The translations under genes and the position numbers were made by a program. Below the pieces are notes generated by a model. That model was not told the origin of the DNA, did not search any database, and saw only the letters and a list, made by a program, of their open reading frames with translations. From Promethearchaeota archaeon (lineage in GTDB: Archaea; Asgardarchaeota; Lokiarchaeia; Sigyniarchaeales; SOKP01): a DNA stretch of 11,768 nt. Location: contig JABXKD010000097.1 in assembly GCA_013375475.1 (NCBI GenBank), positions 1-11,768 of the forward strand, read 5' to 3'. Every line of letters starts with the position of its first letter. Position 1 is the stretch's first letter. Below are positions 8,281 to 11,768 of this stretch, one piece after another.

Positions 8281-8297
8281 ATCATCAAAATGATGAT
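8281..8297. promoter_or_regulatory. Inverted repeat ATCATCA-AAA-TGATGAT, candidate operator
   Basis: Perfect 7-3-7 dyad in the divergent intergenic region, with a degenerate copy ATCATCA-AAT-TGACGAA at 7448-7464. Confidence 0.55.
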
Positions 8298-8323
8298 CAA
8301 TGAAAAATGTTAATATCCATCCA

Positions 8324-8397
8324 TTTATAGTTGAGCTTCCGACAATTCCATGAAAATTCCGAAAAAATATGGAAGTTCCAAAAAATAGATATAAATA
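8324..8397. promoter_or_regulatory. Back-to-back TATA-like boxes of a divergent promoter with a TTCC/GGAA array between them
   Basis: TATAAA on minus at 8324-8329 and TATAAATA on plus at 8390-8397. TTCC at 8337, 8346, 8357 and 8376; GGAA at 8371. Confidence 0.45.
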
Positions 8398-8449
8398 GAA
8401 ATGTTCCCAATTTATACCTAATAATCATTTTATTTAGCTTTCATTAATC

Positions 8450-10342
8450 ATGGAAAAAGTAAATTATCCCTCTGAGGAAATAATTAATCCTTCAAAACTT
8501 AAAAGAAAGAATTATGACCACATAATTCTTTGGATGCTAGCCAATAATGAAAGTTGTGAATGGTCGAATTTTGAACAAAAACCTATCGAAATCCCTATCT
8601 CGACAATATCTCGTCATTTAACAAAATTAATCCTTAAAGGATATATCGAGAAGTTAACAAGAGGACAATACAAGATAACTCCAGAAGGGATAAAGAAATT
8701 TCAAGAGTTGTCCCGAGAAAGAGTCAGGGAACGAAAATTGAGTTTCCCTCCAGATGTAATCTTAAAAAGAGGGAGAAATTATGCTCATTGGATTATTTGG
8801 ATGGTGTACAATAATGGATTTTGCATAAGATCTGACTTTCTTGAAGAACCGTTTTCTATAAATCAATCTTCTTTATCAAAAACTCTAAGCTCATTAATTC
8901 AAAAGGGATTTATCGTCAGAGAAAATAAAAGATATATAATTACTCAATCAGGAAAATTAGAATATTCGCGGATTCTGCAAAGTTATGATTTGGACAGACA
9001 GACAATTTTAGAAGAAGAGAAAAAACGAATCGACGAAATTACAACAAAGGCATCCCAGTTTTTTGATAAGTTCAATATAACTGATGATCGCGTTAAATTT
9101 AGGTTTCTCAATAAGGTTTTAAAGTTAGATTATTTAAAAGTTAGCACAATTTTAAAAGACGAAGAGGATTTTTATATAATTTTGCTTTATATTTCAATCA
9201 ATCACCCCGATTTTTATCCTGATTATCTATCGCTCGAGGATTTTTCGAGATTCTACAAAATTGAGAAAAGAATGCTTGATTTTTGGGTGAATGAGATTGT
9301 TAAAAACGACTTATATGACTTAAAGTTTTTTAAATTAGAAATTTCTCCCATTAAATGTTATTATTTCCATTTTAATGAAAAATTAGAGAAGATACTTCGA
9401 GCTATTACTGAAGAACATTTAACCGCATACAAGTATTTGGAGAAATTTGCGAAGTTAGGAAACATGAATTCTATGATAGAAGATATTCTGGAAGAAATTT
9501 GTGGAATTATATTTAACGAGCATTTCAAGGAATCACTCAGAGCTTTTTTACCAGGTTATATTAATTATTTGGCGTACAAAATTGAGATAAAAAAAGAATT
9601 AAAAGAGGTATATGATAAACTAGAAGGAATTATTTGGCAAAATATGACGGATTTTATGCAATGGCATAATTCCGAAGCATTAGAATCTCAATACAAGGAA
9701 AAAATTAAAGAAATTGAAAATGAAATTTCCTTAACTCCAAAGAATTACGATTTATATAATTCAAAAATACGAATCTTACTCTATTTTAACCAATATAACG
9801 ATGTGTTAACGGAATTAGAAAACATGTTAAAGCTATTTCCTGAGAAGGAAATCGATATCATGATAAAAAAGGCGTATACTCTCAAAAAAGATAAAAATGT
9901 TGAAGACGGATTGGAAATTATTGAAGAATTAATCGAGAAATATCCAGAAGACAATTCTCTTTGTAATTATAAAGCGTATTGGTTATCTTATTTAGATAAA
10001 AAACAAGAAGCATTGGAAATTCTGCGCGAACTCGTAAAAAAAGAACCAGAAAAAGGAATTTATCGCGATACATACGGAGAAATCTTAATACACTTTAAAG
10101 AATACGAAAAAGCCATACAAGAATTCCAAAAAGCTATAAAAATTGATTCTAACGATTGGTTTATCTATCAGACTTATATCAAAATCGGAATTTGTTATAT
10201 AGCACTGGAAAAGTACGATTTGGCACTCAAAAATCTCAAAGAGGGTAAAATTTTAGCGGAAAAAAGCACATCCGACTTTGAAACTAAGCAGAAATGGCTC
10301 GTGATAGCAGATTTATTTCTCGCTGACCTTGAAACCTTATGA
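8450..10342 (+). CDS. Tandem winged-helix (MarR/ArsR-like) plus C-terminal TPR protein, putative transcriptional regulator
   Basis: Two homologous wHTH units: NYDHIILWML...STISRHLTKLILKGYIEK...YKITPEG (8510-8689) and NYAHWIIWMV...SSLSKTLSSLIQKGFIVR...YIITQSG (8777-8953). About five TPRs follow (e.g. YRDTYGEILIHFKEYEKAIQEFQKAIKID). Confidence 0.87.
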   Translation: MEKVNYPSEEIINPSKLKRKNYDHIILWMLANNESCEWSNFEQKPIEIPISTISRHLTKLILKGYIEKLTRGQYKITPEGIKKFQELSRERVRERKLSFPPDVILKRGRNYAHWIIWMVYNNGFCIRSDFLEEPFSINQSSLSKTLSSLIQKGFIVRENKRYIITQSGKLEYSRILQSYDLDRQTILEEEKKRIDEITTKASQFFDKFNITDDRVKFRFLNKVLKLDYLKVSTILKDEEDFYIILLYISINHPDFYPDYLSLEDFSRFYKIEKRMLDFWVNEIVKNDLYDLKFFKLEISPIKCYYFHFNEKLEKILRAITEEHLTAYKYLEKFAKLGNMNSMIEDILEEICGIIFNEHFKESLRAFLPGYINYLAYKIEIKKELKEVYDKLEGIIWQNMTDFMQWHNSEALESQYKEKIKEIENEISLTPKNYDLYNSKIRILLYFNQYNDVLTELENMLKLFPEKEIDIMIKKAYTLKKDKNVEDGLEIIEELIEKYPEDNSLCNYKAYWLSYLDKKQEALEILRELVKKEPEKGIYRDTYGEILIHFKEYEKAIQEFQKAIKIDSNDWFIYQTYIKIGICYIALEKYDLALKNLKEGKILAEKSTSDFETKQKWLVIADLFLADLETL

Positions 10343-10403
10343 ACTTAAAAATAATATCAAAAGGATTATAAAAATTTTAAAACTACAAAATCATTCCAAT
10401 TGG

Positions 10404-10411
10404 TTTTATAA
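10404..10411 (+). promoter_or_regulatory. TATA-like box (TTTTATAA) for the ubiquitin-like gene
   Basis: It is too close to ATG 10424 for that codon to be in the transcript, but fits a leadered mRNA with a GTGAT RBS (10454-10458) and ATG 10463. Confidence 0.45.
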
Positions 10412-10462
10412 TACTAATTTACCATGAGAATATTAATCTCAAGAAAAACAAATGTGATTTAT

Positions 10463-10795
10463 ATGAGTTTTGAAGAAGATTTTGATGACGAATTTGAACC
10501 TGTTAAGTCGAAAACACCAGCTTCAAAGACACCTTCCTCAGGGAAAAAGTCAACCTTGTACTTCATGTCCACCATCGGTCCAGGTGAAAAGAAGGAAAAA
10601 CTGACCGTGAACGACGCCAATAGAGTAAGTGACATTAAGAATACCTTAGGAAATTTATTTGGGCTCGATCCTGACGAATTTCATTTATCGTCTGGCGGAG
10701 TTACAATGGATGATAACGATCAATTAAGGGATTATAATTTAAGTAATGGCGACGACATTCTATTAATTCCTTCAAGTACAGCTGGTATTATTTAA
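10463..10795 (+). CDS. Ubiquitin-like (beta-grasp) protein with acidic N-terminal extension, C-terminus STAG-II
   Basis: LTVNDANRVSDIK...GLDPDEFHLSSGGVTMDDNDQLRDYNL...ILLIPSSTAG aligns by eye to ubiquitin LEVEPSDTIENVK...[27 protein letters not shown]...LHLVLRLRGG. Start 10463 is preferred over 10424. Confidence 0.87.
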   Translation: MSFEEDFDDEFEPVKSKTPASKTPSSGKKSTLYFMSTIGPGEKKEKLTVNDANRVSDIKNTLGNLFGLDPDEFHLSSGGVTMDDNDQLRDYNLSNGDDILLIPSSTAGII

Positions 10796-10824
10796 GAAAA
10801 ATTAAATTTTTTTATCCTCTTTTT

Positions 10825-11768
10825 TTACTTCTTTTCTTCAACGTCCTCTATTTTTTTGTCTTTTCTGAATTTTAAAATATGTTGATATATTTCATCACAG
10901 AATTTTTCAAATTCCATTGGGCTAAAAGGGGAACCAAACTCCCGATGAAGATCTAATTCTTCTAAATCTTCCCACACCATTTCAAAGCCTAAAATCGGTA
11001 TTATATGTAATTTATGTTTGCGCGCAAGTTCTAGTTCAAAAAGGCTATCTTTTGATTTCAGGGAATTAGGAGTTGAGATAAAAACTAAAACTTGACTCCG
11101 ATGAACTGTTTTTTTCATCCACTTATCAATGTTTCCTGTTAGACCCTCTTCACAAAAATACACATGGCCTATCTTTTTTTGAATTTTTAAATAGTCCGCG
11201 AGAGCTTCAATACGATAACTATTAAAATCTTCAACAGCGTGGCTTATAAATACTCGCAATCCTCTTTTGAGCCTTTTTCCTAGTTCAAAAAATCGGATCG
11301 AAACAATTATACCTAGAAAACAGATTATAATTATTAAGAGCATGAATATATATTCATCGCTATTCTTTTCCATTGTGTCGATTAAATCTGATATTTGCCG
11401 ATACACATTATAATATGCCCATGAAAAACTTATTAAGACAAAATGAGGTAATTTCGTTCTAATACCAAAAAAGAAAAGATAGCCTGTTGCTAAATACACT
11501 AATAACACTTGCAGCGTTGTGAATGTAGTCCCAATAATTATTGTTCTGTCAGCTCCGGGTATGAGTTCTGGAGAAATGAAAAAGTGGTGCAATAGAGTTA
11601 TAATGAAATAAATAAGATAAAGGATGGAAAATGATGTTACATAGTTTCCATAATTTCGTTCGTTGTTAACCCCAAATACGAATAATGTAATGAAGATAGC
11701 AGGCATTACTGCAAAAGATACATATAAGGAAATTAATTCAAAAATATCAGATATCAACGGAGCAAATA
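10825..11768 (-). CDS. Multi-pass membrane protein with C-terminal TIR domain, 5'-truncated by window edge
   Basis: About five hydrophobic helices, then TIR box1 RVFISHAVED, SQVLVFISTPNSLKS, SKDSLFELELA (catalytic-position Glu codon 11035-11037) and IIPIL. The frame stays open beyond the TTG at 11757 to the window end. Confidence 0.88.
   Translation of the reverse strand, partial: FAPLISDIFELISLYVSFAVMPAIFITLFVFGVNNERNYGNYVTSFSILYLIYFIITLLHHFFISPELIPGADRTIIIGTTFTTLQVLLVYLATGYLFFFGIRTKLPHFVLISFSWAYYNVYRQISDLIDTMEKNSDEYIFMLLIIIICFLGIIVSIRFFELGKRLKRGLRVFISHAVEDFNSYRIEALADYLKIQKKIGHVYFCEEGLTGNIDKWMKKTVHRSQVLVFISTPNSLKSKDSLFELELARKHKLHIIPILGFEMVWEDLEELDLHREFGSPFSPMEFEKFCDEIYQHILKFRKDKKIEDVEEKK

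Noticed and set aside
5296-8293. Plus-strand ORFs 5296-5559, 7310-7513, 7514-7732 and 8030-8293
   Set aside because: Antisense shadows of minus-strand genes or low-complexity AT-rich intergenic sequence.
8337-8407. CRISPR array or STAT/GAS-type element (TTCCATGAA)
   Set aside because: The repeats are only 4-6 bp with no spacer structure or cas genes. The match to the eukaryotic GAS consensus is probably coincidental.
10424-10462. ORF-track start of the Ubl at 10424
   Set aside because: It is only 12 nt after the TATA-like box, while ATG 10463 has a GTGAT RBS. The extra 13 aa look non-coding.
10463-10795. SAMP/ThiS/MoaD sulfur carrier or canonical ubiquitin
   Set aside because: There is no terminal GG. 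The core resembles the ubiquitin clade (L.DYN motif) more than ThiS/MoaD but is far too divergent to be ubiquitin itself.
4228-10795. Eukaryotic origin of the contig because of Rab and ubiquitin-like genes
   Set aside because: No introns, operon-like spacing, GGTGA RBS motifs, an unprenylated GTPase and prokaryotic neighbours all fit an Asgard archaeon.
10825-11768. True Toll-like receptor or complete Thoeris system
   Set aside because: No LRR ectodomain, single-pass topology or thsA-like partner is visible, and the N-terminus is outside the window.

Overview
AT-rich, intron-free, densely coding window. Its gene content and archaeal-type signals (GGTGA RBS, TATA-like boxes, oligo-T terminators) point to an Asgard archaeon, most likely Lokiarchaeia/Promethearchaeota; this placement is an inference. 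Left part (1-4108): the 3' part of an OYE-family flavin oxidoreductase, and a minus-strand block of three paralogous Zn-independent MDR (quinone oxidoreductase-like) genes plus a DUF6326-like membrane protein. The last MDR copy is interrupted by a single in-frame TAA. Right part (4228-11768) is rich in eukaryotic-signature-type genes: a Rab-like small GTPase directly downstream of a TPR + longin-like protein, a 4-TM protein split by a frameshift in a T7 run, an exported hypothetical protein, a divergent tandem-wHTH + TPR regulator, a ubiquitin-fold protein ending -AG-II with an acidic N-terminal tail, and a convergent multi-pass membrane protein with a C-terminal TIR domain (5'-truncated). Several candidate operator motifs lie in the intergenic regions. 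No rRNA, tRNA, CRISPR array or mobile element was seen. All family calls come from motif recognition by eye, not from database searches.
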